In this document: positions 11,905 through 23,907 of the stretch, in pieces
Numbering within the stretch: the stretch's first letter is position 1
Layout of the letters: every line of letters starts with the position of its first letter
Assembly: GCF_006345805.1 (NCBI RefSeq)
Contig: NC_042997.1
Location: 17,794,001 to 17,858,000, forward strand
Reading direction: 5' to 3'
Origin: Octopus sinensis
Taxonomy: Eukaryota
DNA length: 64,000 bases
The notes under the pieces: generated by a model
What the model was told of the DNA's origin: nothing
Databases searched by the model: none
The model's input: the letters and a program-made list of their open reading frames with translations, nothing else
Made by a program: the position numbers and the translations under genes

Positions 11905-12090
11905 ATCATCATCATCATCATCGTTTAGCGTCCGCTTTCCATGCTAGCATGGGTTGGACGGTTCGACCAGGGTTTTTGGAAGTCAGAAGGCTGCACCAGG
12001 CCCAGTCTGATCTGGCAATGTTTCAATGGCTGGATGCCCTTCCTAACGCCAACCACTCTGTGAGTGTAGTGGGTACTTTTTACATGCCAG
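11905..12090 (-). mobile_element. SINE family B, 5'-truncated
   Basis: (CAT)n-cgtttagcgtccgctttccatgctagcatgggttggacgg is the reverse complement of the family B tail. Confidence 0.85.
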
Positions 12091-13434
12091 ACGAGGCTGA
12101 TCAATAATACAATTGCAAAATGAGCACTTACTCAGTTAAGAAATTTCCATTTCTTAAAAACACATATAAGTTATGTGTATAACATCTAAAATACAAACAT
12201 GAATGACTCTAGCTATGATATTTTGTTTCAGAGAAACTTTTCAAAGAGACCTGTATGCTGAAGAACACAGGATTTCATTCAGTATGCTAGTGGATCCTTA
12301 GATATAGTGTTTTGGTCTGAGTTGGTCTCTGAAGTGATAATTATCCTGGACATACTGAATTCAACCAGATATGCTTGTTCTGGTATAGAAATTGGTAAAA
12401 TTTGAAATTAATATAGTACTTGTAAAAGTCTTAGATTAAAATATCAATGTGTATAACATTTATAACACACACACATATATATATATATAAGTATAGAACT
12501 GCACCTGCTGTAATATTTTGTCTTAAACTTTTGAGCTAAAAAATGCAAGGATTTGTTCCAAATGATAGTGGGTTGTTGGACTTTGTGTTTCAACCTGATT
12601 TAGTCTCTCTGAGCAGCAAATACACTTTTATAAAAAGAAACTAATATTAAAATTTCAGTATATTTTTATTTCACTTATGTTCACAGTATTTAATGTCTTT
12701 CTGGCAAAAACAAACTAGATTAAACACAATATGATTACCATTCTTTTTTGCTTCATCATAATTGTATACTTGAGTTTTGATGTCTTGCTTCCAAAACATT
12801 TTTATTAAATTCAAGCAACAACAACAAGCATCAAAACTTATATGAAAGCATTTATCACTTCCAAAATGATTTTAATTAAAATTTAGAAAGTAAGATTGCT
12901 TTGTAATATTTCTATTTTCTCAAAGCAAATATCTGTAAATATTTCACCTTTCTTTTCACTTTTTTTCCAAACACACATTGCGAAAAGACTTCAATATACC
13001 TACAAAAATTAATATTAGTTATTTTCTTTTAAGATAGTACACGAACTTTCCAACATTTTAATCACATCAAGAGTATCATTGTCATATGATCTCAAAGTTT
13101 TAATCACTGAGATTGTATTTTTAAGTTCTAGTCATTAAAATTTCTTAAATTTCTAAATGAATTATTTGTCAAATAAAATATTTTATTTAGGTCTTAGAAG
13201 TGAGAATAAAATATTAACATAACATAAAAAAACATTTTAATACAAATATTATAAGCATATGCAGCTGGCAGCAACACATATGTCAACTAAAACATAATCG
13301 TTTGCAAATAGTTATTTCTAGACATCTTCTTTTGCCTACGTGTTTCAGCTCTTCATTCTTGAAAATTGATGACAGGGTTTAGGGTCAGAATTTCTCTTAT
13401 AGCAGCTTAATGCAAATTTGAAAGAGTTATTAAT

Positions 13435-13575
13435 GATACCTCCTCCTCCTCCTCCTCCTCCTCCACCACCACCACCACCACCACCACCACCACCACCACC
13501 TCCTCCACCCCACCCCACCCCCTTTTCTTCTTCTTCTTCCTCCTCCTCCTCCTCCTTCCCATCCTCCTCTTCCTT
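13435..13575. repeat. (CCT)n/(CCA)n/(CTT)n compound trinucleotide repeat
   Basis: Read directly from the sequence. It explains the poly-P, poly-G and poly-W ORFs. Confidence 0.9.
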
Positions 13576-15409
13576 TGTCATCCTCCTTGTCATTCTTTCT
13601 ACTTTTGTTTTTTCCATCCAAATATGAATTGAATGAGACTTCTTCAGGCAGTATTCTGATACCAACTTGATGCCAATGCTCACTTTGTTTTTTCAACTAA
13701 GATACTTTATTCCAAGAATATCAAAATGTTGAGCAGCTGGACTTGTTGTTTAGGTGAGACATAAATAATGTTAGTGTTGCTCAAGTATTGTTAATGGAAA
13801 GATACATGTGCATACATGTACACACACTCACATGTTTGCATGTACACACACACATCAGTATAACTATTCTTACTTCTCTCTCTATACACACACACACACA
13901 CACATAAATATATATGCATACATACATGTATATACATAAGCACGCGCACACACATGCACACACACACAAACACACATGGACATGGATACATACACATAGA
14001 CACACACACACACAAACATGGACATGGACACATACACGCACACACACACACATGGAGACACACACATGGACATAGACACATGCAGACACACACACACACA
14101 CATGGAGACATATATACATGCATGGACAAACACACACACACATATATATATGTGCAGAACTTCTGTACAGTTTCTGTGAAATTTCACTTACAAGAAACAG
14201 GTCAACATGAGGCTATAGCAGAGGACACTTGTTCAAGATGCACTTCATATAATTAAATTTTCACTGAAGATGTTATTTCCAAGAACAAATACTCTTTCTA
14301 ATATATTTTCTGGATTCAAATAGATTGTTAAATTTCAGTCCCTGTGTAGCAATGATCAGGCAGCACTATGAACAAATACATTACTTCATTTTTCAGATGA
14401 ATTTATCTAATGTGACCTTCTTTATGAGATTGTAGAATGTGATTTGTGGGAGATATGGCTTCTATTTTCAGCAAGTGAAGCAACTACATAAAAGAATCTG
14501 TATAGTTGCTGGTGGTGTTTCTCATCAATTTTGCTTTCATTAGATTAACAAACAGAAGCAGTTGAGCAAACAAAAACATTTTAACTTGAATTCTTTGGCT
14601 TTGGTCATATATTTTATAGTTGGAATGCTTTCCTAAGATTTGGGAAAGAAAATATGCACTGTCCATTTTCAAAACTCAAGTAGATTTACTAAGTGTGATC
14701 TATCTGGCACATTAATCATTTCCATTGGTCAAGATATCTAATTGAATTGTAAACCTGAAAAGGTTGGCTTTATAAGCAATGCTGTAAACAATTTAATTAC
14801 ATTCTGTGGCCATTTGGGATGCTGCATACATTCAAAAGCAAACACTGTGAACATTACTCATATCTTCCATATTAACATTAAAAACAAACTTTGGTTGCAT
14901 GCAACATGAATTGATATAGTTTGGTTAAAAGTCAGCCAAACATATTGGAATGAAACATAGAAGATAAAACAGTTAACCTCCCACTGGTTGATTTCTATGA
15001 AAATTAAGAGATCAAGTTTGGTGACTCTAATGCAAAGATAGTATTTAACATAAAAAATAATTCTTTGAAAATACATAAATACATAACCGATTAAGACACA
15101 ACCAATACATATGTGTTGCTTTCTTTTTATTCAGTCTAAATCATTTTTCTGGTCATCTCACATGTTCACAGATTACATGAATTTTTTTTTGGTTTCTGTT
15201 GAAACAGAAAAAGAAAAAATGATTACTATGTGTTTGATGATGAGTGAAAGAGGATAAGAAATAAGCTTTTGAAACTTATTTTGCAAGGCACAAGAGAAAG
15301 ATTCATCGTGATTTATTTATTGCAACAGCAAAGAGAATATTAACGTTTGAAATGTTCCCAAACATTAAATAGTGTGTACACTGGGCATGTTTGCATGCAA
15401 GCAAATACA

Positions 15410-15419
15410 CACACACACG

Positions 15420-15510
<91 letters not shown>
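15410..15510. repeat. Long (CA)n microsatellite
   Basis: Read directly from the sequence. Confidence 0.95.
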
Positions 15511-15512
<2 letters not shown>

Positions 15513-16252
15513 GCAGAATAAAATAAAATAAAACAAACTATTTTCTCTTTCTTGGATAATCCATCTTTGAAAGAACTTACAAAACTAAACAGTTTCTCTC
15601 CATGAAAGCTTTTTACATAATATTGTGCTAAGTTATCCTCCGAAGTATTATAGTGGAATAAGAAAGAAATGTAAATGTGGAGAGGGATTCTGAATAAAGC
15701 TGAAGGATGGTTTGGAATTTAGATAAGTACAGCTATCCTTTTGAATTTGGAAATTGTATTTTCTTCTTTCTTCTTCATTTATCAGATTCTACTTGGTGTA
15801 TTTCATTTTAGTGATTTTTATGATTCTACCAGTTAAACTGCTGCATGGCAATGTTTGCCATATGTCTGACACACATGAGTTCTAACGATGTAAATACCTA
15901 TGTTTCCATGGGCAAATATATATAAAAATAAATGAATATGCATTGATATATACACACATATATACTTACATACTGGTACACATATATATATACGTTACAT
16001 TCATTTTGACATCCATCTTTCCATGTTAGCATGGGTTAGATTAATATATCATTGAAGCATGAAAAGCCATATATATGTATACATACAAATATATATAACA
16101 TATATATATGTACACACACACACTCACACATACATACACACACACACATATACTCACATACATTTACATTTTCTTTTTTAGCCACAAGCTGGTCCTAATT
16201 TAGCAGACTTATAACCAAAGCATTCCAGTCATGACCGTTATGTTTTTCAGAT

Positions 16253-16631
16253 GCTTGCTAACCAACCACATGGTTCCGGGTTCAGTCCCACTGCGTGACA
16301 TCTTGGGCAAGTGTCTTCTGCTATAGCCCCGGGCCGACCAATGCCTTGTGAGTGGATTTGGTAGACGGAAACTGAAAGAAGCCTGTCGTATATATGTATA
16401 TATATATATGTGTGTGTGTGTGTCTGTGTTTGTCCCCCTAGCATTGCTTGACAACCAATGCTGGTGTGTTTACGTCCCCGTCACTTAGTGGTTCGGCAAA
16501 AAAGAGACCGATAGAATAAGTACTGGGCTTACAAAGAATAAGTCCCGGTGTCGATTTGCTCGACTAAAGGTGGTGCTCCAGCATGGCCGCAGTCAAATGA
16601 CTGAAACAAATAAAAAACAGAGTAAAAGAGT
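16253..16631 (+). mobile_element. SINE family A, slightly 5'-truncated
   Basis: ggttccgggttcagtccc B-box region, internal (TA)/(TG) run, and 3' gactgaaacaa...agtaaaagagt tail. Confidence 0.85.
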
Positions 16632-17078
16632 AATATTCAATTTCTTCAATCCTTTTTCAGATGGAAGAAGATTCAGCTGCTATATCTTATAAGTTAAGTG
16701 GCCAAACAGAGATTTGAAATATGTTACATGTGAGTTTATAAACACACACACACGCGTATATATAAATATATACAAATATATTTGATGATGAATTCTGTTG
16801 AAGATGACATATGAGCGTTCAGCTTGTCAAACAACCTGCAAAAATGATTTGTTTATAGTGATCAAATGTTTGTGCCAGACATTAGATCACTTTCTCCATC
16901 AAATCGACGTTATCTGAACAGGTGTACTGTGTACCACATGTCAGTGTCAAAGTGATTGCAGAGCAATGTAACATGAAGTGTTTTGCTCAAGAACACAACG
17001 CACCACCCAGTCAAGGAATTGGAACTATGATCTCATGATTGTGAGTACAACACCCTAACCACTAGGCTATGCACCCTC

Positions 17079-17142
<64 letters not shown>

Positions 17143-17144
<2 letters not shown>

Positions 17145-17515
17145 TTAGAGACAAAACCACTATTATGCAAATCAAACAAAGAAAGACTTAAGCCAATACA
17201 TAAAATAATTTATATAAATTAAATTTAATTAAAATAACCATTATGATCGTTTCGTGTCAGCACTTCTATGAAGAATGTCTCATAGAAGTGCTGACACGAA
17301 ACGATCGTAGTGGTTATTTTAATTAAATTTAATTTATATAAATTATTTTATGTATTGGCTTAAGTCTTTCTTTGTTTGATTTGCATAATAGTGGTTTTGT
17401 CTCTAATTTAATATAATATTATATTTTACTATAAAATTGGATTCAATCCTAAATCTGATTTTTCCCTGTAAATTTGGATTTATTCCCTAATATTTATTAT
17501 TATATATATATATAT
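17143..17515 (+). mobile_element. Penelope-like pseudo-LTR fragment with inverted 5' duplication (266-bp palindrome at 17143-17408)
   Basis: 129-bp arms (2 mismatches) with 8-nt loop AGAATGTC. The right arm begins with a hammerhead 3' half (stem II, GAAA-C-gatc-G-TA, GTGGTT) and continues into an AT-rich tail ending in (TA)n. Confidence 0.55.
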
Positions 17516-17578
17516 ATAAATTAGAAATATTAAATTTCTAAATATCTCAGAGAGATAAAAGCAGTGGTGGAACGATAG

Positions 17579-17848
17579 AGCAGTTGTATACTGTCAACTT
17601 AATGTGACAGTCCCATTAAGGGAATCACACCACTGCTATTTAACCCTAGGAAGCATCAACGTTTCCTGTTGGCCTTGACACATTTCCTGTGTCCTTATGT
17701 TTACAAAGGGAGACAAGTATAAGGACACATAAGGACACAGGAAATGTGTCAAGGCCGACAGGAAGCGTTGATGCTTCCTAGGGCTAAATAGCGGTGGTGT
17801 GAATCCCTTTATGGGACTGTCATGTTAAGTTGATAGTATACAACTGCT
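17579..17848. repeat. 270-bp fold-back element, MITE-like
   Basis: 122-bp arms (17579-17700 and 17727-17848), no indels, 9 mismatches, 26-nt loop. Ends are AGCAGTTGTATAC...GTATACAACTGCT, followed by (TA)n. Confidence 0.85.
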
Positions 17849-18053
17849 ATATATATATATGCACACACATATACCAAATGCCTCAAAGATGCTCATTAAT
17901 GAATCCACTTGCACTTGGAAATAATTTGTATAATGGTTAAGTGAATTGGGTTGTGGATTACTTAACCATTCATGTTTTATTTCTTTAAATTATATTTTTG
18001 TTTGAATTATTGTCTGATTGTTGTACATCTTTTTAGTTAATTCCATACAAATA

Positions 18054-18480
18054 CGAGTTGGTATCAAAAAGTTCCAGGACTAGTTATGTTTAATAAAAAT
18101 AACTTATTTACCTAAGTTTTAACATCATACCCTTTGAAATAGTCACTTTGCACAGCAATACATCAGTCCCAGCATTCCTGCCACATTTGGAATCTGGCCT
18201 GGAAGTCGTTTTCTGTAGGTGAATCGAGGACCTTCTGCGATTCACCCTGGATCTCGACAACAGTGCTAAAACGACGACCTTTGAGGTGTATTTTCATCAT
18301 GGTGAAGAGGTGGAAGTCCACAGGTGTTAAATCTGGTGAATAGGGAGGTGCAGAAGTGATATCATGTTACTTTTGGCAAGAAACTCATGAGTGAGGAGAA
18401 CTCAGTGACAGGGTGCATTGTCATCGTGAAGAATCCAATTCTGTGTGCCCCACAGATCCAGTTGTTTTGGGGAGGTAGTC
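18054..18480 (-). mobile_element. Mariner transposon 3' fragment (decayed transposase plus one TIR)
   Basis: The minus strand reads WILHDDNAPCH*...PPYSPDLTPVDFHLF...LKGRRF...ENDFQARFQMWQECWD with a stop and a frameshift. It ends in TA-cgagttggtatcaaaaagttcc. Confidence 0.85.
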
Positions 18481-18599
18481 ACTGAGATGCTAAAAATATC
18501 CAGTAAATTATTACACACACTTGTCATATATATCTCTATATAAAAGGTTATGGGTGTATAATAAATTTGAAAAAAAACACCCAAATGGTCTGAGTGAAT

Positions 18600-18775
18600 G
18601 AGACCTGCTGAAGAGGAAGGCCATGGAAGTCTCAGCAAGAAATGATGAAAGGTGATTACAAAAGTCTGAATGTTACAAACTTCAGCAAGTGGTAAAATGC
18701 TGTCTTGGAGAAGAATTATCTAACCCTTGCAAACACCAAAAAATGAATGTAAAAGCAATGGTGATGTTGATGTTT
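18600..18775 (+). mobile_element. RTE LINE extreme 3' end
   Basis: Reads RGRPWKSQQEMMKGDYKSLNV...W*NAVLEK, followed by ctaacccttgc...gtaaaagcaatggtgatg tail. Confidence 0.4.
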
Positions 18776-21700
18776 GTATGTGTGTGTGTCTTTGTGATTG
18801 TGTGTGTATGAGTGTGTTTAAGAAGTAAATTAAGTTACTCTTTCTAGCAGGCTGAATGATTCTGTGGAGGGATCCTCATTGGCTTCACAGAGCTTCGTCT
18901 CTGTATTATTGTTCATCTCTATATCATTATCACTGGACTTAGAATGAGCAGGATGATAAGAAAAAAGAAGCACAACACTTGTGGGATTTGAACTGAAATC
19001 AGTAATATTATGTGAACTCCTGAACTAGATTCTGTTAAAGATTTCAAACTGGCAGTTTAATTTATGTATTTATACTGTCCTCTGATAGAAAGCAGGGATT
19101 AATATTAATTATAGTTATACAGATCTAACTAGCCAGGTGAAACTGTTATTACACTCTGACTTGTCTGTAATTATAAGTTGGAACTACTTCAATTGCAAAC
19201 TTTCTAAGTTAGTAAAAGTTAAATATTGCCCAAAGTGGCAACGACTACATATGCAATGACTGAATCGTGATTTTTTAAACAAATCAAACAATCTATCTCC
19301 TAATTAATTGATAAGTTAGACAAACAATTTTTACCTTTCCACACCTTCCACCGATATGATATCAATCCAATACCTGTTTTCCTTTAGGACATATTAAACT
19401 ATAATTGCTTTGTTTACTTACAGAATAAGAAACAGATTTTAAAATGGCAGTAAAACATGAACTTTTGCTCAATATGTTAAATATTAATCCTCTCCTCTTC
19501 CTTTTCCTCCTTCATGCCAGTACTGTTATCATCATCATCACCACCACACCCAGCATCACCACTACTCTCAATCACCACTCCCATCAGCATCACCATCAAC
19601 AACATCACCACCACCATCTGTTTTACTTCTTTATAATTTTGAAATATGTTACTTAAGTTCCCTACACCAAAGACTTAATAAACTAATCTCACCTTCTAAA
19701 TCATGCTGCGCCAAAATTACTTTGTACTAAAATCTTTTGTTTAGTTCCAAATTTATGATCAATGGCATTCCAGCCATGATCAGATTTCTTTTTTCAAGAA
19801 TAGAGAGATTTATCTGTTATTTCCAGCTGGTCGAGTGGCCACATAGAGGCATCTTGTTCTTCATTCACTTTTCTATTAATGCATCTGGCTGTTATGCACT
19901 ACACTGTTTCATATGAGATTTACATTTTAAAAAAAATATTATTGAATGTCTTCTCATCAGTTATTGCAACAATGACAGTCAACACTAGTAAAGTTAGTGC
20001 TAACATATATTTACTACAAAGAACATTTAAAAGCTAAATAAAAATAATTATATAGATGAGAAACAAACGATTGCAGTCAATGAATAATATTGTTTCATTT
20101 TCTGAGCAAGTGTAGAGATACAACACCATTCTAAACATCTTTTAATTTTATTCTCCTCTCCTCAGGGAACCATAGACATTCTTGCAAATATAGTAATGAA
20201 TAAATTCCTATGTAAATATAAAAAGATTGCACATATATTGTCATAGGAAAATAAAATTCTTTAGAGGCATTTGATATCTTAGCACTAAGTTACCTATTGC
20301 TTTTCATGCAGATGAGTGTTTCTGAATTATTTATTCTCTAAACAGCACTAGCGAAAAGTTCTGTTAACCATACTTAAGGCCTTTCCAAATTCATACTGGC
20401 ATTGCTTTCAAAACTAAATTAGTGTTTGTAGTAATTTCTTAGTAAATAGAATAGGTATGCTAGTCCTAATTCAATAGACAGCCATCTTTCTTGCTGAAAT
20501 GGTAGATTTATAGACACTTAAAAGGGCAATTGAAGGACAATGTAGAAACTTATATAATTTGAAGCATTTAATATATTCTTTTCAATTATTCTGGGTTGAT
20601 TGAAATAAAGAAAATCACCTGATATTGCAAGTTTTATAACGTAAAGTTGTATCAGAACAATAATATTTTAAAATGGTATTCATCAAGATTATAATAGTAT
20701 CCCTTAGGGACTGTCACAATGTCCTAAATAATATTTGAAGAATCCTTGAATAGAACATGAAAGCTTGTTCTTTGTTCTTTGAGAGACACATTTGAATGGA
20801 GATGGAGGAGTTTTATAACCAATTTAATGTAAATGTAAACAAAATAACTTTGACACCATTTCATAGCAATAGTGAGATTTGATAGGGTACACGTAGTATG
20901 AAAAATGTTTCAGAAGAAATCTTTCTTTAGATGATATCTCCCTTAGCAAAACTACAGCCTTTGACATCATGGGCATATATTGAGAGGCAGACAGTTATTA
21001 AGAATGGTAACACGAATATTGTTTGTAGTTAGCAGAACAAAGGAGACTCCACCAGTCCCTTCTAGATTGGTAATGTAAATGCAGTATTTATTTTACTTGA
21101 ATATCTTCAGGTTGATATTTGTATAATAAAATAATCAAGTAATTCTGTAGGGTGGCAGCTTGGGGGATAAGGGTTTGCTGAAATCTTCAGTTAGGTATTG
21201 AGGGAAGTGGATGCATCTTGTGATACATGCAAGGCTTTGTTAGTTTAGAAGATTAGTTTGTAGGAGTGAAAAATGAGATAAATGTGGACATAGTGGTGAG
21301 TTGATTGGTGCTGGAGGAAGGGAGAAAATTCAAATTTACATTTTCTAAGGTTGATAAGAATACTCTCAGGATTGGTCATTTTGTTTGGCTAAACTGGCCT
21401 TAATTTTCACACCTGGTTGATGTTTGCATGTGACAAGGAGGAAGATTGTCTTATGACAGGGGGGAGGTTGACTAATGATTGTGGTGGTGAAAATAAGAGC
21501 AGTAAAGGTGATTAAAACAGCGGCAATTGTGGTATAGCTGCAGTTGCAGCGGCAGTGCAAATTAGCAGTATTAATAGTGAACTGATGCAGTAGAGCAGCA
21601 GCAGTGGTAATAGTAGTAGTAGTGGTGGTGGAGATGGTGGTGGTGATGATTTTGGTGGTGGTAGTTGTTGTAGATGTAGTAGTAGTAGAAGATTCGGCAG

Positions 21701-23586
21701 CAGCAACAGTTGTAGTGTTGGGGAGTGAGTTTTAGGAGCTGTGGCTTCAACAAATATACACAGGCACATACCACACACACACAGACACACACACACACAT
21801 GCACACACACACACACATGCGCGCATGCACACAAACACACACACACACATACACATAAACTCATTTGCACTTGTATATGTACATGCAATTTCTTTCTCGC
21901 TCTCTTCTTTCTAACCTCTCCTACATACAAGGAAAAAAAATAAAACAATAGGAGTGAAAGTGAAAGTTCATAAATGTTACAGAGATCAATAACTGAATAA
22001 TGATCTCTTTTTAAAATTTTTTGAAAGAAGGTACATTGAATTGATTTCACCTAACTAGATAGATAACACACTGAAATACTGACTCATGTGCATCACAGTT
22101 CATATCCAACTGTAGCTGCATTTCAGTTAACCCCTTAGGGCAATTCATTTTCATTGACATGCATCAGTTTACTTCTGGGAACTTTGATTATATAATATTG
22201 TTTTATCGATATTGACATATTATATAATTATTTTAATGATTTTTGTCATTGGACTTTAGGCATGCTGTGGCACTACCCTTAGGATTTTAGTTGATCATAT
22301 CGACCCCAGCACTTATTTCAGTTGCATTCTTATTTTATTGATTTCTAAACTACCTTTTGTTGTAAAAGGATGCAGCTTGACATACTATTTTATATCAATA
22401 TACACAAACATAGACACACATACATGATAAGAATCTGCTTAGTTTCGATTTTAAAAATTCAACTCACATGACATTACTTATTCTTCTATTGAAGACACTT
22501 GCCCAAGATACCATATTGTGGGATCGAACCTGAAATCCAGTAGTTGCAAAATGAATTTGTGAATCACCTGATGAAGCATATGATTGCAAAATAAACTTGT
22601 TAACCACATGTTTATGTTTGTGCTTATAGTATATATATGTTTAATAAATGTAAAAGTTAATTAATTGTTTTACATATTAGGCAGTTCAGTAATGAGGTTA
22701 AATTTCAGGTAATGTTAATATGCTTAAAAATATTTAGCCTCCTTGTACAAGTGACAGCTACTCATCTACATGATGATGGCATCATTAGCACTTGAAACAA
22801 GCCTCTGAGTTATTAGATATAGTTTACAAAAAGACATCTGGGTTCATCATTCCAAATTTATTTCACAGCAAGAGTAATTACTTTTAAAGCTTTTTCATGT
22901 TTTAAGCATCAAAAACGTTTTCACACACTGAACTGTCATTGTTATTATGTGCAGGTCAGCCCAGATGCTGTAGACCTATGGTCAAGCATATTGCAGCTAT
23001 AACCATCTCATTTTTTTTGTTTTATTTTATATACTTAGTTTATCTGGGACTACATTATCCAATATCTACTTCTTCTGTTAAGGCAGTATGGTGTGATATG
23101 AAGGAGATTTGGCTGCTATTTCTAGTAGATGGTGTAATCTCAAAAATGGTCCCATTCAACAGTAATGTTATCCATGGTTTGTTTAACATATTTGAGTTGA
23201 TAATTTCAATATTATTTTGCAGCAAGATTAAATACTTTTTAAGCCCATTAATATATTGTAGAAGTGAAATATGTCTTCATGTAGAACACTTCGATAATTA
23301 TACTCCATTGCATTCCATGTAATCTATATTGTAGAGTGTGCATTTCAGAAAAATAGAAATAAATATGAGTATTCTTTTATTCTTTTACTTGTTTTAGTCA
23401 TTGCACTGTGGCCATGCTGGTGCACTACTTTAAAGGTTTTAGTTGATCAAATCAACCCCAGGTCTTATTTTGAATGGCCACTTATACTCATTGCCACTTT
23501 TTAGCCAAACCACAAAGTTACAAGGACATAGACAAACCAACACCATTTGTAAAGCACATATATATTCATGTGCACACACACACACA

Positions 23587-23626
<40 letters not shown>

Positions 23627-23907
23627 GCGCGCACACACACACGCACACACACACATTATATAACAAGCTTCTATATAGTCAGTCTATTAGACTCACTAAC
23701 AAGGCACTGCTTGGCCTGGAGCTATAGTAAAAACACCTATTCAAGGTGCTATACAATGTTACTTGAATCCGAAAATCACATAGTTCCAAAGCAGACTTCT
23801 TAAACCATTCAACCATACTTATACGTGAATTATCAAAATCTATATATTTATGATAGATGAATTGCTATTCATTGATGAATTACTATGTATTGATTGTTAT
23901 TAACTTA

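Noticed and set aside
13500-13525. G-quadruplex candidate on the minus strand (GGGGG-T-GGGG-T-GGGG-T-GG)
   Set aside because: Only three long G tracts, embedded in an ordinary (CCA)/(CCT) microsatellite.
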